NCBI GenBank assembly: GCA_016176335.1
Contig: JACOXI010000006.1
Location: forward strand, 12,788 to 76,787
Direction of reading: 5' to 3'
From: Candidatus Daviesbacteria bacterium
Lineage (GTDB): Bacteria > Patescibacteriota > Microgenomatia > Daviesbacterales > UBA10151
Length of the DNA stretch: 64,000 nt
Shown in pieces: positions 45,638-55,624 of the stretch. A program made the translations under genes and the position numbers. Position 1 is the first letter of the stretch. Each line of letters starts with the position of its first letter. The notes beneath the pieces are model-generated. The model was not told the origin of the DNA. It saw only the letters and a list, made by a program, of their open reading frames with translations, and did no database searches.

Positions 45638-46781
45638 GCATTATCCAGGAAAAAATCGGCGGGTAAAACAAGCTGTTGGAGAAAATACTGTGAATTAAAA
45701 GCCCCCCTATTGCCGCTCCCAAAACTAAATTTTTAGGATGTGAATACTTAACAAGACTGATCAGAAAAATTAAGTAAGCAGTCAAGCCAACTACGCCTGT
45801 TGTTGAAGCAACAAACAGTAAGCTGGAATCGTTACTGGAGGCGCCGTGACTTTTTAAAAATTGCTCATCTCCCAAATTAAATTGCTTTATTGCATAACGG
45901 TAAGTATTAAATCCCACTCCTAAAATTGGGAATTTTTGGAATAAGATTGCCCCCTGTTCCCAAGTATTGAAACGGAAGGATGCGGATTGTTCCCTGTCAA
46001 TATTTCTGGGACTTGCCACCAGTTGAACATAGATTTGAAATCCCAAAAGGAGGATTGAAAATAAAATAACAGTGATTAGAAAAAGCTTTGTTGATTTTTG
46101 AAAAACAGCCCATATTGTTCCGCTTACTAAAAACATCAGATAACTTGAACGGGAGAAGGTGGTTAAAAGAGCCACATACAAAATAACAAAAAATATATAA
46201 AAAATTCTGCCTCGGACAAGGTGGTAGCCAATAAGGTGTTCTTTGGCATAAATAAGAAGCAGCAGAGTTAAAACCAAGTAAGCCCCGGCAAAATTAGGGT
46301 CCAAAAATGTGGAAACTGTTCTAAAATAGTGCGGATCCCAACCCCAAGCAGTTAAAAATCTCAAATCCGGTAAAAATAAAAACTGAATAAGCCCTGCAAC
46401 CGCGAGGGTTAGACCGGACAATATCAAAATTTTTTGGATATCATTTTTGAGTGCGGGGAACGCACCGGAGAGCATGATCCAGCACAGTAAGGTATAAAAG
46501 GCAAATCTGACTGTGTAAAAAAAGCTAATTAGGATTTCTTCCGGACGTAGGTGAAGCGGGGTTAACATAAGAGACAATATGGCAATGACAATAAATACCA
46601 TGGCGCTTTTTAAAAATAGCGGGGGTTTTTTAAGCTTGAATTTAAGTTTGACAAGTCCCAGTAGACAAAATAATATGATTGCCAAATCCAAGACAGTTGC
46701 CCCGCCTTGACCGGCGATAGGCAGTTTAATTAATTGACCGCTGATAATTGCCAGTGCTAGTATCCAACTATAAATATCCAT
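45612..46781 (-). CDS. O-antigen ligase/polymerase-like (Wzy_C) membrane protein
   Basis: Polytopic protein with TFSRSSYLMFLVSG core. Confidence 0.65.
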   Translation of the reverse strand: MDIYSWILALAIISGQLIKLPIAGQGGATVLDLAIILFCLLGLVKLKFKLKKPPLFLKSAMVFIVIAILSLMLTPLHLRPEEILISFFYTVRFAFYTLLCWIMLSGAFPALKNDIQKILILSGLTLAVAGLIQFLFLPDLRFLTAWGWDPHYFRTVSTFLDPNFAGAYLVLTLLLLIYAKEHLIGYHLVRGRIFYIFFVILYVALLTTFSRSSYLMFLVSGTIWAVFQKSTKLFLITVILFSILLLGFQIYVQLVASPRNIDREQSASFRFNTWEQGAILFQKFPILGVGFNTYRYAIKQFNLGDEQFLKSHGASSNDSSLLFVASTTGVVGLTAYLIFLISLVKYSHPKNLVLGAAIGGLLIHSIFSNSLFYPPIFSWIMLISAVPKK

Positions 46782-46783
46782 AG

Positions 46784-47821
46784 ATGAAATTATATCCTAA
46801 TATAACTTATATTTTTATCATTTGGCTGGTCTCGGTTTTATTTATTGCTTATTTTGGTTTTTCCGTCCTACCGCATTCGGGCAAATTTAGTGATAATTTT
46901 TTCCAGAGTTTTGCTAATTGGGATGGGGGACATTATTTGGGAATTGCCCAATTTGGTTACAGTGAAAAATTCCAGTATGCTTTTTTTCCTCTTTACCCCC
47001 TATTAATCAAGGGAGTCAACTTAATTTTACAAAATTATTTATTAAGTGGAGTATTAATTAGCATTTTATCTGCTTTTTTTGCTTTACATCTATTGTACAA
47101 ATTAGTGGCAGATGACTTTGATAAAAAAGTGGCAGAGAAAGTAATTTTATTATTGCTGTTTTTCCCCACCTCATTTTATTTTCTGACAGTATATTCGGAA
47201 GGATTATTCCTCTTAATGGTGGTGGCTGCCTTTTATTTTTTACGGCAGAAAAGATTACTGCTGGCCACTGGTCTGGCTGCTTTAGCCTCTGCCACGAGGC
47301 TTTCGGGTTTGGCAATAGTTGCGGCTTTGGTAGTGGAGGTACTCTTGAAAGAGGGACTAAATCGGAAAAATTGGTATATCATGCTCTCTCCCTTGGGATT
47401 TATCATCTACAGTTGGTATTTGTGGGGGCAAACAGGCGATCCATTTTACTTTATCAGCGCCCAAAGCTATTGGCACAATTTTATAAGTCTTCCAGGGTTA
47501 AATTTTTTTTGGACTTTGGGAAGTTTGACCCCTAATAAATTTTTGGATCTGGTCTTTGCCGCTTTTGGTTTGGGAATGGCCATGCGGGCTGTGAGATTTT
47601 TACCGCTTCCGTATTCTGTTTACGCTTTCGTCTCGCTGCTAATACCGCTTTTTACCGCCTCTTTAACTTCCATGCCGAGATTCTTATCAGTTGTTTTTCC
47701 GATATTTATACTTTTGGCATTAATGAAAAATAAGTACCTGATTTTGACTTATCAGATGATTTGTTTGATGCTGCTTTCTTTATTTATTGTGCTTTTTGTC
47801 AACGGTTACTGGATTAGTTAG
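46784..47821 (+). CDS. GT-C-fold membrane glycosyl(mannosyl)transferase-like protein (PIG-V/DUF2029-like)
   Basis: FANWDGGHYLGIAQFGY...FFPLYPLL motif and many TM helices. Confidence 0.5.
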   Translation: MKLYPNITYIFIIWLVSVLFIAYFGFSVLPHSGKFSDNFFQSFANWDGGHYLGIAQFGYSEKFQYAFFPLYPLLIKGVNLILQNYLLSGVLISILSAFFALHLLYKLVADDFDKKVAEKVILLLLFFPTSFYFLTVYSEGLFLLMVVAAFYFLRQKRLLLATGLAALASATRLSGLAIVAALVVEVLLKEGLNRKNWYIMLSPLGFIIYSWYLWGQTGDPFYFISAQSYWHNFISLPGLNFFWTLGSLTPNKFLDLVFAAFGLGMAMRAVRFLPLPYSVYAFVSLLIPLFTASLTSMPRFLSVVFPIFILLALMKNKYLILTYQMICLMLLSLFIVLFVNGYWIS

Positions 47822-48552
47822 GGAGTGAATATGACTTTGCGGGAGATTTCCGAAAAATTGGCAGAGGAGTCATAAGCTTTTATAGTAAAATTATTTTCCC
47901 CGTCATTTAAGGTCCGCTCGGATGAAAAATTACCTTCCTTATCCACGATAATCTGATTTCCGTTGATGTATATTTGTGATTTAGGTTCAGTCTTGCCCGC
48001 AATCTTTATCTTCCTTTCTCCTTGAATAGTTTTACCATCCAGCGGTTCAGATACCTCCAATAAGGGTTTTTCATTGTCAAAAATAACTTTTATTGTTTTT
48101 GACGGAAGGCTCATCTGGCCGTTCTCATCCAAGGTTTTGCCGTAGATGTTGTTAACCCCCAAGCCCAGTTGGATATTTTGGAAAGTGAATGAGCCGTCGG
48201 ATGAGCTTTTCTCTGTCTGCTTCTCTTCATCGTCTAAAAAAAGCTTAACTTTGGATTCCGGTGTGGCATAACCTTGGATGTTAATTTGAGCAGTATTTGT
48301 TGCTTCGTATGGGATATTAAAAATTGGAGGTGCCAATGATACGGTTGTATCTTTGAGATCAACTTTTTTAATTGGTGGAGTTATGAATTCTTTGATTGAG
48401 CCCAAAACTCTGATGAAGTTGGGAAGAATCCAAATAAGTGCAACATAAGTAAAGATTAACACCAAAAAAAGACTTATTATAAAATTTCTTTTGTTTCTTC
48501 TGGCAATTCTTCTGACTGCCCTGCGGTTGTATCTGTAAGATCTGTGTGCCAT
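47818..48552 (-). CDS. Hypothetical membrane-anchored protein with beta-rich (Ig-like) extracellular region
   Basis: Arg-rich N-terminus, then TM, then repetitive beta-strand-like sequence. Confidence 0.45.
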   Translation of the reverse strand: MAHRSYRYNRRAVRRIARRNKRNFIISLFLVLIFTYVALIWILPNFIRVLGSIKEFITPPIKKVDLKDTTVSLAPPIFNIPYEATNTAQINIQGYATPESKVKLFLDDEEKQTEKSSSDGSFTFQNIQLGLGVNNIYGKTLDENGQMSLPSKTIKVIFDNEKPLLEVSEPLDGKTIQGERKIKIAGKTEPKSQIYINGNQIIVDKEGNFSSERTLNDGENNFTIKAYDSSANFSEISRKVIFTP

Positions 48553-48649
48553 GCCTTTGAGATGATTCTACGTTTTACGCGAGTAAAAGGCAAGGTTCTG
48601 CGCAGCAGGTTCTTAACATGTTTGTTAATTTGATAGAATATGAAAGGTT

Positions 48650-48720
48650 GCGGGATTTGTATAGTGGTAATACGCTACCTTCCCAAGGTAGAGCCGCCAG
48701 TCCGATTCTGGTATCCCGCT
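48650..48720 (+). tRNA. tRNA-Gly (anticodon CCC)
   Basis: Acceptor GCGGGAT/ATCCCGC, anticodon stem CTACC/GGTAG, loop TTCCCAA, T-loop TCCGATT. Upstream TTCTTA-18-TAGAAT promoter. Confidence 0.85.
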
Positions 48721-48748
48721 CATTAGTTCAGGCCGACTTCAGACATAA

Positions 48749-48823
48749 GCCGACTTAGCTCAGAGGTAGAGCAGCTGTTTCGTAAACAGCAGGTCACTGG
48801 TTCGATTCCAGTAGTCGGCTCCA
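48749..48823 (+). tRNA. tRNA-Thr (anticodon CGT), CCA encoded
   Basis: Acceptor GCCGACT/AGTCGGC, D-arm GCTC-AGAGGTA-GAGC, anticodon loop TTCGTAA, T-arm ACTGG-TTCGATT-CCAGT. Confidence 0.9.
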
Positions 48824-50434
48824 CTATTTACTGGCTTCCACAAGTCCCTGTTGTGCCAGTTGATTTTGGGGATCAATTTTTAGGATTTCCTCAAAGATTT
48901 GTTTGGCAGACTGCTTATCACCCTTTGCCAAAAAGATTACTGCCAAATTCAGCCTAAGATTTAAATTTTTGGGGTTAATGGTGATGGCTTTTTGCATATA
49001 GTTTAGGGCGCTGTCGTATTGTTTTTCCTGAAAATAAATTGCCGCCATATTTTGATAAGACTGCCAAAGTATGGGGCTTAAGCTGGCAGCTTTCTGGTAA
49101 TACTCTAATGCTTTATCCAGCTGACCCAATTCCCTGTACACATTTCCGGCATTATGATATGCATCCGCATAATCGGGTTTTAGAGAAATCGCAGTCTTAA
49201 ACTCTTGCAGAGAACGCTCCTTGTTACCCCATCTGCCGTAAACATCCCCCAAATTATTGTGAGTATTCGGAGAGGATGGTGAGGTTTTGCCTGTGGCAAT
49301 CCATAAATTATCCTCATTTTTCCATTCTATATTTCTGATAATTGCTCTTGCGGACAAGGAAATTAAAATAATTGCGAAAATAGAATAGATGACATTTTTA
49401 TATTTTCCAATTGAGGCAATCTTATCCAAAATGAAGCCGGTTAAGGCAAAAATTCCCAAGCTTGGCAGATACAGATATCTTTCCGCAACGATCCAATTGA
49501 ATCTAAAGGGGGTGAGGGTGGGGGAAAGAGAGATCAAGAAAAAGGACAGCCAGAAAAAAACGGACTTGTTTTTTTTGAGTCCATACAAAATCAGCCCAAA
49601 AAAGACCATGGTAAAAACAGCTCTTAATGCAAAAGAGATTTGGCTGAATGACAGCTCGGAATGATAAAGAGTTAAAGTTTTGGGAAAGAACAGAAGTTCA
49701 AAATAAGATGATATGGCAACGGGAATTTGTATCAGAGGATTATCAATACCTTTTTGTTGGTAGTGTACTTGTTGCAAAGTTTCTTCTCTTTGGGGAAGAG
49801 CGGCTAAGTTTATCAAGAGGTAAGTTAGGGATAATAAGAAAAAAGGCAGGGTCCTAACCCAGTTTTTTTTAAAATTTCCAAAACAAAACTCATAAAGGGG
49901 AAAAACCACAAAAAGCCCAATAGGCATGACAGGATGTGACATCAGAGAAAACAGGTAAAAAACCACAGCAGAAAAGTACCGCTTTCGGCTTTTTTGGGAA
50001 ATAATATAAAGCATAAATGATAGGAGGAAGAAAAAAGTATATTGGGTATATATGCCTCCTGATATCCAAACAAAAGCTTCGGCAATTGCCGGGTGCACTG
50101 CAAAAAGACTGGCTGCAAAAAAAGCCAGCCGCCTTGATCTGTATATGTTTGAAAGTATTTGATAGATTAGGATGGTAGAACCCAAATGGAAAAATATATT
50201 GATGATTCTGAAAGCAAGAGGTGTTAATCCCGCAATATGGTAGGTAGTCCAATAAATAAGATGCCTGATGATGCCCAGAGAATAAGTATGGATAATGTAT
50301 CCTAAATCTCCAATGGTTGTTTTTTGGGCAATTTCCGCAATGTCGTCTGAAACAAAGGCATTACCCAAAGAATTTACAAAGGTAAAACTTACCAGTAGAG
50401 TTAACGTTACAAGAATTACTTTTTTTCCACTCAT
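48824..50434 (-). CDS. Polytopic membrane protein with C-terminal TPR repeats (PMT_2/GT-C-like N-domain plus TPR)
   Basis: ~10 TM helices then several TPR motifs (AYHNAGNVYRELGQLDKALEYYQKA...). Confidence 0.65.
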   Translation of the reverse strand: MSGKKVILVTLTLLVSFTFVNSLGNAFVSDDIAEIAQKTTIGDLGYIIHTYSLGIIRHLIYWTTYHIAGLTPLAFRIINIFFHLGSTILIYQILSNIYRSRRLAFFAASLFAVHPAIAEAFVWISGGIYTQYTFFFLLSFMLYIISQKSRKRYFSAVVFYLFSLMSHPVMPIGLFVVFPLYEFCFGNFKKNWVRTLPFFLLSLTYLLINLAALPQREETLQQVHYQQKGIDNPLIQIPVAISSYFELLFFPKTLTLYHSELSFSQISFALRAVFTMVFFGLILYGLKKNKSVFFWLSFFLISLSPTLTPFRFNWIVAERYLYLPSLGIFALTGFILDKIASIGKYKNVIYSIFAIILISLSARAIIRNIEWKNEDNLWIATGKTSPSSPNTHNNLGDVYGRWGNKERSLQEFKTAISLKPDYADAYHNAGNVYRELGQLDKALEYYQKAASLSPILWQSYQNMAAIYFQEKQYDSALNYMQKAITINPKNLNLRLNLAVIFLAKGDKQSAKQIFEEILKIDPQNQLAQQGLVEASK

Positions 50435-50462
50435 CTATTAATAGTAACATTGTAAGGAAATT

Positions 50463-51071
50463 TTATCTGGGGATAGACAAAACCATGCCAGGTTCTATAA
50501 GATCGGGGTTTTGTATATTGTTTGCTTTGGCAATTCGCTCGTAGGCATAGATATCCCCATAGGCTCTACCTGCTATTTTGGACAACCAATCACCCCAAAC
50601 AACAGTGTAAGAATCACCTGTGATTTTTTCTCCCCACAGGTTTTCTGTCTGATCCAAAGTACTCGCGACACTTTCCAGTTTTGGCATCTTTAGAACTTGA
50701 CCTGTTTCAATCTGATCCGGATTGGTTAAATTATTCGCCTGGGCCACTTCTACATATTTGTAACCATCGCCATAGTATTTTTCGGAAATTGTAAAAAGAG
50801 TATCATCCTGTTTGACAGTGTAATTGCCCGGTAAACTTTGTGGAGAAACATCTTCTTGAACTTCTTTTTGTTGTGCAGGGCCCAGATCCGCTTTACCTCT
50901 ATTAAAGAAATTAAATACCAAAATTCCCACCACCAGGATAATTAAGGCCCCCAAAATCATACTTAATTTGGACTGGTTAGACTGCACCTTACTTTCCAGT
51001 CTATCCACATAGTTTGCATAAACTGGGGAATCTGTTGTTGTTTTTTTGTTTGAGATTTTTCTTCTTGCCAT
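50463..51071 (-). CDS. Membrane-anchored protein with two LysM peptidoglycan-binding domains
   Basis: Two LysM units (YTVKQDDTLFTISEKYY...; YTVVWGDWLSKIAGRAY...). Start taken at internal ATG MARRKISNKK. Confidence 0.8.
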   Translation of the reverse strand: MARRKISNKKTTTDSPVYANYVDRLESKVQSNQSKLSMILGALIILVVGILVFNFFNRGKADLGPAQQKEVQEDVSPQSLPGNYTVKQDDTLFTISEKYYGDGYKYVEVAQANNLTNPDQIETGQVLKMPKLESVASTLDQTENLWGEKITGDSYTVVWGDWLSKIAGRAYGDIYAYERIAKANNIQNPDLIEPGMVLSIPR

Positions 51072-51143
51072 TTTAATAAATGGGGCAGCCCGCGATCTTG
51101 CGGGGGAACAGTAGTAATCCCTTTTTAAACTTATCCTTAGCAA

Positions 51144-51173
51144 TTGTCAAGAGGGTATTTAGTTTGTTACAAT
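51144..51173 (+). promoter_or_regulatory. tRNA-Asp promoter TTGTCA-18-TACAAT, 12 nt before the tRNA 5' end
   Basis: Hexamers at 51144-51149 and 51168-51173. Confidence 0.55.
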
Positions 51174-51185
51174 ACAAAGCAGTCT

Positions 51186-51261
51186 GGGACCGTAGTGAAC
51201 CGGTCATCACGTCTCCCTGTCACGGAGAAGATAGCGGGTTCGATTCCCGTCGGTCCCGCCA
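51186..51261 (+). tRNA. tRNA-Asp (anticodon GTC), CCA encoded
   Basis: Acceptor GGGACCG/CGGTCCC, anticodon stem TCTCC/GGAGA, loop CTGTCAC, T-loop TTCGATT. Lies inside the ORF-track 5' extension of polX. Confidence 0.9.
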
Positions 51262-51266
51262 AATCA

Positions 51267-53027
51267 ATGGAAATTTCCAATGCTAAACTTGCTAAAATCT
51301 TAAGGAATACAGCTGCTGCATATACCATTAAGGGAACTGGAAATCTTTTTCAAATCCGTGCCTATGAAAACGCAGCAGACAACATTGAGCATTCTACAGC
51401 AGAAATCCAAGATTTTTGGCAGGAAGGAAAACTGAATCAGGTTTCTGGTTTAGGGGAAAGTTTGAGAGGTTATCTTGATGAATTATTTAGCAAAGGGGAG
51501 GTTAGGCATTTTGAGGAAGTAAAAAAGGGAATTCCAAAGATATTTTTTGATCTTTTAGATATTCCAGGTGTTGGCCCCAAGACTGCAGACAAAATCGCCA
51601 AAATGGGGGTTTCTTCAGTGGAACAACTGAAAAAACAGCTCAAAGATGGGGAATTAGTTAAGATGGGGTTGTCTGACAAACTGGCCCAAAAAATTTTACA
51701 GGGTTTGCAGGAGGTGAGTCAGCGAGGAAATAGAATGCTTCTGCCTTATGCTTTTGCCCAGGCTGAAAAAATATTAAATTATCTGCAAAAATGTCCAGAT
51801 GTTCTGCAGGTTCACCCTTTAGGTTCTTTGCGAAGAATGGTGGCCACTATCGGTGATTTGGATTTTTCTGCAAGCTCAAACAGTCCCAAAAAGGTGACAG
51901 AGCATTTCTGCAGAATGCCGGGGATAGCCAGAATTATTGATCAGGGTGAAAATCAGGCTACGGTGGTACTCAAAAACGGTTTACAAGCGGATCTGTTGGT
52001 AGGCAAGACGGATGCTTACGGAGCATTGCTGCAGCATTTTACAGGCTCAAAATCTCATAATATTAAACTTAGAATACTTGCTAACGGGAAAGGATACTCT
52101 TTATCGGAATTCGGGGTGAAGAAAGTGAGTAGGGGACAGGTTACAGGATACAGTCAAAAAACAGAGACAGAAGAGGAATTCTACAGGCTTTTGGGAATGG
52201 ATGCTCCACCACCTGAAATAAGAGAAGATACTGGGGAAATAGAGGCTGCTCTAGAGCACAAATTGCCAGATTTGGTGGAACTTTACGATATAAAAGGGGA
52301 TTTACACCTGCATTCAAATTTTCCCATAAAAAGTCCTTCTCACGCACCGGGCGTAGATTCAATGGAGGATATGGTTAAGAAAGCAAAGGAGTTAGGATAT
52401 AGGTGGGTGGGTATTTCCGATCACCCGCTTGGATTTACCACCAGTACCCCAAAAGAGATGATTAAATGGGTTCAAATGAGGACAAAATTTATTCAAAATA
52501 TGCAATCGAGAACAAAAAGTATTCGAGTATTAAATGGACTCGAAATAGATATACTCGGGAATGGAACTTTGAGTGTACCCGATGAGGCTTTGGCCACTTT
52601 AGATTACTGTATAGCTGGTATTCACTCCGGTCACAGAGGTTCGAAGGACGAGATAACCAAGAGGTTGCTTTCGGCCCTAAACAGTCCACATGTAGATATA
52701 ATTTCCCACCCGACAAACAGATTGCTGAACGAAAGAGACTCGTCTGATGCTTTGTGGGATGAGGTTTTCAAGCTGGCAGCTAAAAATAAGAAGTTACTGG
52801 AGATTAATTCGCATCCCATGAGACTTGATTTAAGAGATGATTTGGTGAGAATGGCTAAAAAGTATGGAGTAAAATTTATTATCAATACTGATGCTCATAT
52901 GGTTTCGCAGATGGATAATATGCTGTTTGGAGTATCTGTTGCAAGACGAGGCTGGGCTGAAAGTAAGGATATTGTTAATACTTGGGACTGGACAGACTTT
53001 GCTAAATGGTTTAATATTAAGTCGTGA
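51267..53027 (+). CDS. polX: DNA polymerase X family with C-terminal PHP phosphoesterase domain
   Basis: Pol-beta-like N-terminus (HhH, GDxD: ATIGDLDFSAS) and PHP histidine motifs (HLHSNF..., GISDHP). ATG 6 nt after the tRNA-Asp CCA. Confidence 0.85.
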   Translation: MEISNAKLAKILRNTAAAYTIKGTGNLFQIRAYENAADNIEHSTAEIQDFWQEGKLNQVSGLGESLRGYLDELFSKGEVRHFEEVKKGIPKIFFDLLDIPGVGPKTADKIAKMGVSSVEQLKKQLKDGELVKMGLSDKLAQKILQGLQEVSQRGNRMLLPYAFAQAEKILNYLQKCPDVLQVHPLGSLRRMVATIGDLDFSASSNSPKKVTEHFCRMPGIARIIDQGENQATVVLKNGLQADLLVGKTDAYGALLQHFTGSKSHNIKLRILANGKGYSLSEFGVKKVSRGQVTGYSQKTETEEEFYRLLGMDAPPPEIREDTGEIEAALEHKLPDLVELYDIKGDLHLHSNFPIKSPSHAPGVDSMEDMVKKAKELGYRWVGISDHPLGFTTSTPKEMIKWVQMRTKFIQNMQSRTKSIRVLNGLEIDILGNGTLSVPDEALATLDYCIAGIHSGHRGSKDEITKRLLSALNSPHVDIISHPTNRLLNERDSSDALWDEVFKLAAKNKKLLEINSHPMRLDLRDDLVRMAKKYGVKFIINTDAHMVSQMDNMLFGVSVARRGWAESKDIVNTWDWTDFAKWFNIKS

Positions 53028-53093
53028 TATATGAGCAATGATTTAAGAATAATGATTGTAAATTCATAAATCATACTTCATAAATCGTAAATC

Positions 53094-53642
53094 ATGATTG
53101 GATACATTATTCTTGGTGTTTTAGTAATAGCAGTTTTATGGTTACTGGCCACTTACAATAGTTTGGTAACGCTTCGCAATCGGGTTAGGGAAGCATGGTC
53201 TCAAATTGATGTTCAGCTAAAAAGAAGATCCTCATTAATTCCTAATCTGGTGGAAGCGGTCAAAGGTTATGCCAAGCACGAAAAGGGGGTGCTGGAGGAA
53301 GTCACAAAAGCAAGGACAGCTTTGATGTCCGCCAAAAACCCACGTCAAGCAGCAGATGCGGATAATATGCTCACAGGGGCCCTCAAATCCTTATTTGCCG
53401 TGGCTGAAAACTACCCTAATCTTAAAGCTTCGGATAATTTTAAACAACTGCAGGAAGAGCTTTCGGATACGGAAACAAAAGTAGCTGCTTCCAGACAGTT
53501 TTACAACACCAATGTGTTGGATTTAAATAATTCCCTGGAACAAGTTCCTTCAGCTTGGATAGGTTCTATGTTTGGATTTACAAAAGAAGATTTCTTTAAA
53601 GCAACTGATGAAGAGAAAGCTGATATCTCCGTAAAATTTTAG
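53094..53642 (+). CDS. lemA: LemA family protein
   Basis: N-terminal TM plus [31 protein letters not shown]. Confidence 0.85.
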   Translation: MIGYIILGVLVIAVLWLLATYNSLVTLRNRVREAWSQIDVQLKRRSSLIPNLVEAVKGYAKHEKGVLEEVTKARTALMSAKNPRQAADADNMLTGALKSLFAVAENYPNLKASDNFKQLQEELSDTETKVAASRQFYNTNVLDLNNSLEQVPSAWIGSMFGFTKEDFFKATDEEKADISVKF

Positions 53643-53669
53643 CTCCACTTGTAGTATAATCTTCTAACT

Positions 53670-54599
53670 ATGGCAGCTGTTAATACTGCTTGGGATCATA
53701 AGAACTCAAATACTTTTAAAACATGGCTGATCATGTTTTTATTTTCTCTTTTTACGGTAGCAGTAATTTATGTGATAGCCCAAGGATTTGGGTATGGTGA
53801 GGTAGGAGGATTGGGGATTGTGGGATTTGCCCTGATTATGGCAGGGATTATGAATTTTGTTTCTTATTACTGGTCTGACAAGATAGTACTCGGGGTGTCA
53901 GGTGCAAAGCCAATAAAAAAAGAAGATAACCCAGAGGTTTATAGAATAGTTGAAAATTTGTGTATCGCTGCAGGTTTACCAACTCCTAAAATTTATATTA
54001 TTGATGACACTGCCACCAATGCCTTTGCCACAGGCAGGGATCCAAAACATGCTGCCATTGCATATACCAAAGGAATTTTACAAAAACTTAATAAACAAGA
54101 ACTAGAGGGAGTAACTGCACACGAACTTTCTCATGTGGGTAACAGGGATACTTTGGTGATGGCTGTTGTTTCCATCTTGGTTGGGACAATTGCCCTGCTT
54201 TCGGATTTTTTTATGAGGAGTATGTGGTATGGAGGAAGAGGCAGTGATAGGGATAGTAGGGGAAATCAGTTATTTGTCATTTTGGCCATAGTTGCTGCCA
54301 TTTTAGCCCCGATTGTGGCCACTTTAATACAGCTGGCCGTTTCCCGCCGCAGAGAATTTTTGGCAGATGCATCAGGAGTGCTTTTAACCCGTTATCCGCA
54401 AGGGTTAGCATCAGCCCTACAGAAAATTTCCTCTGATAAAGAACCCTTGGAAGTTGCTAACAGAGGGACTGCTCATCTTTATATTGTTAACCCTTTCAAA
54501 GGTGTTGATGCAAAGCAATGGTTAGCAGGGCTTTTTAATACCCACCCACCTATTGAGGCCAGAATCCGGGCGCTGCGCGAAATGGAAGGCAAAGTTTAG
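53670..54599 (+). CDS. htpX: M48-family zinc metalloprotease HtpX-like
   Basis: HELSHV (HExxH) and 4 TM helices. Confidence 0.85.
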   Translation: MAAVNTAWDHKNSNTFKTWLIMFLFSLFTVAVIYVIAQGFGYGEVGGLGIVGFALIMAGIMNFVSYYWSDKIVLGVSGAKPIKKEDNPEVYRIVENLCIAAGLPTPKIYIIDDTATNAFATGRDPKHAAIAYTKGILQKLNKQELEGVTAHELSHVGNRDTLVMAVVSILVGTIALLSDFFMRSMWYGGRGSDRDSRGNQLFVILAIVAAILAPIVATLIQLAVSRRREFLADASGVLLTRYPQGLASALQKISSDKEPLEVANRGTAHLYIVNPFKGVDAKQWLAGLFNTHPPIEARIRALREMEGKV

Positions 54600-54614
54600 T
54601 ATAATCCAATTATA

Positions 54615-55181
54615 GTGCAATTAACCAAAGATAAAATAAAACATGTGGCAAAAAATGAGTTTAGTTTAAATTTAAAAGGTAAAACTGCAGTTTTTATTGA
54701 TGCTGCCAATATTGAACTTTCAGCAAAAGATCTTAGATTTAGAGTAGATTACCAAAAACTATATCATTGGTTAAAAAGTGAAGTTCAATTGTCTTCGATA
54801 GGATTTTATTCAGTCCGTTTTGATACAAAAGAGCATGATGGTTTCTTAACATTTCTTAAGCGCACCGGTTATAAGCTGGTAACCAAGCCGCTTAAGCTTA
54901 TAAAAAACAGGAAGGAAGGAGGACATCTACGAAAAGCCAATTTTGATGTAGAAATTGCTGTGGATGTGACAAAAAGATTAGACACATTTAATAATTGTAT
55001 CCTTTTTTCCGGAGATAGCGATTTCCATTATCTTATTAGAGAACTAAAAAGAAACGGGAAAATTGTAGTTGTTGCTTCGCTTAAATATCATGTTGCCAAG
55101 GAACTTGTTGAGAGTGCAGATTTTTATTTGGATTTACGTAAAATTAGGAGTAGAATCCAGAGAAGTGAAAGGAAGCCATAA
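54615..55181 (+). CDS. NYN-domain (LabA/DUF88-like) putative RNase; first 12 residues duplicated from gatC
   Basis: AVFIDAANI...FDVEIAVD...FSGDSDF. GTG start followed by QLTKDKIKHVAK, a copy of the gatC N-terminus. Confidence 0.65.
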   Translation: MQLTKDKIKHVAKNEFSLNLKGKTAVFIDAANIELSAKDLRFRVDYQKLYHWLKSEVQLSSIGFYSVRFDTKEHDGFLTFLKRTGYKLVTKPLKLIKNRKEGGHLRKANFDVEIAVDVTKRLDTFNNCILFSGDSDFHYLIRELKRNGKIVVVASLKYHVAKELVESADFYLDLRKIRSRIQRSERKP

Positions 55182-55261
55182 AAAAGCCCGTCTTTTACAA
55201 CGGGCGGTTGATAACAATCTGTTACCAGACTGCCATTTAATAATAAAGGATTGGATTTAAA

Positions 55262-55624
55262 ATGTCAATAATAATGAAATTAACCAAAGATAAAGTCCGC
55301 CTAGGGCAAGATAAAGTAAAACATGTGGCAAAGTTGGCAAATTTGCCGCTATCTTCCGAGGAAGAAGAGAAATATCCCGAACAGCTTTCAAAAATCCTTG
55401 AATATGTAGAACAACTAAATAAGGTTGATACATCCAATGTTGAACCAACATTTAATGTTTCAGGGCAGTCAAATGTGGTCAGAGTTGATAAGGTGGGGGA
55501 ATGTTTAAATCAGGAGGAAGCTTTATCTAATGCCCCCAAAAAAGAAAATGCCCGCCTGCAAACGCCTGAGCGTAGCGATGGCGGGCAGGGATTTTTTGTA
55601 ACAAAAGGAGTATTTGCAGAATAA
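55262..55624 (+). CDS. gatC: Glu-tRNA(Gln)/Asp-tRNA(Asn) amidotransferase subunit C, with C-terminal extension
   Basis: VKHVAKLANLPLSSEEEEKYPEQLSKILEYVEQLNKVDTSNVEP. Confidence 0.8.
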   Translation: MSIIMKLTKDKVRLGQDKVKHVAKLANLPLSSEEEEKYPEQLSKILEYVEQLNKVDTSNVEPTFNVSGQSNVVRVDKVGECLNQEEALSNAPKKENARLQTPERSDGGQGFFVTKGVFAE

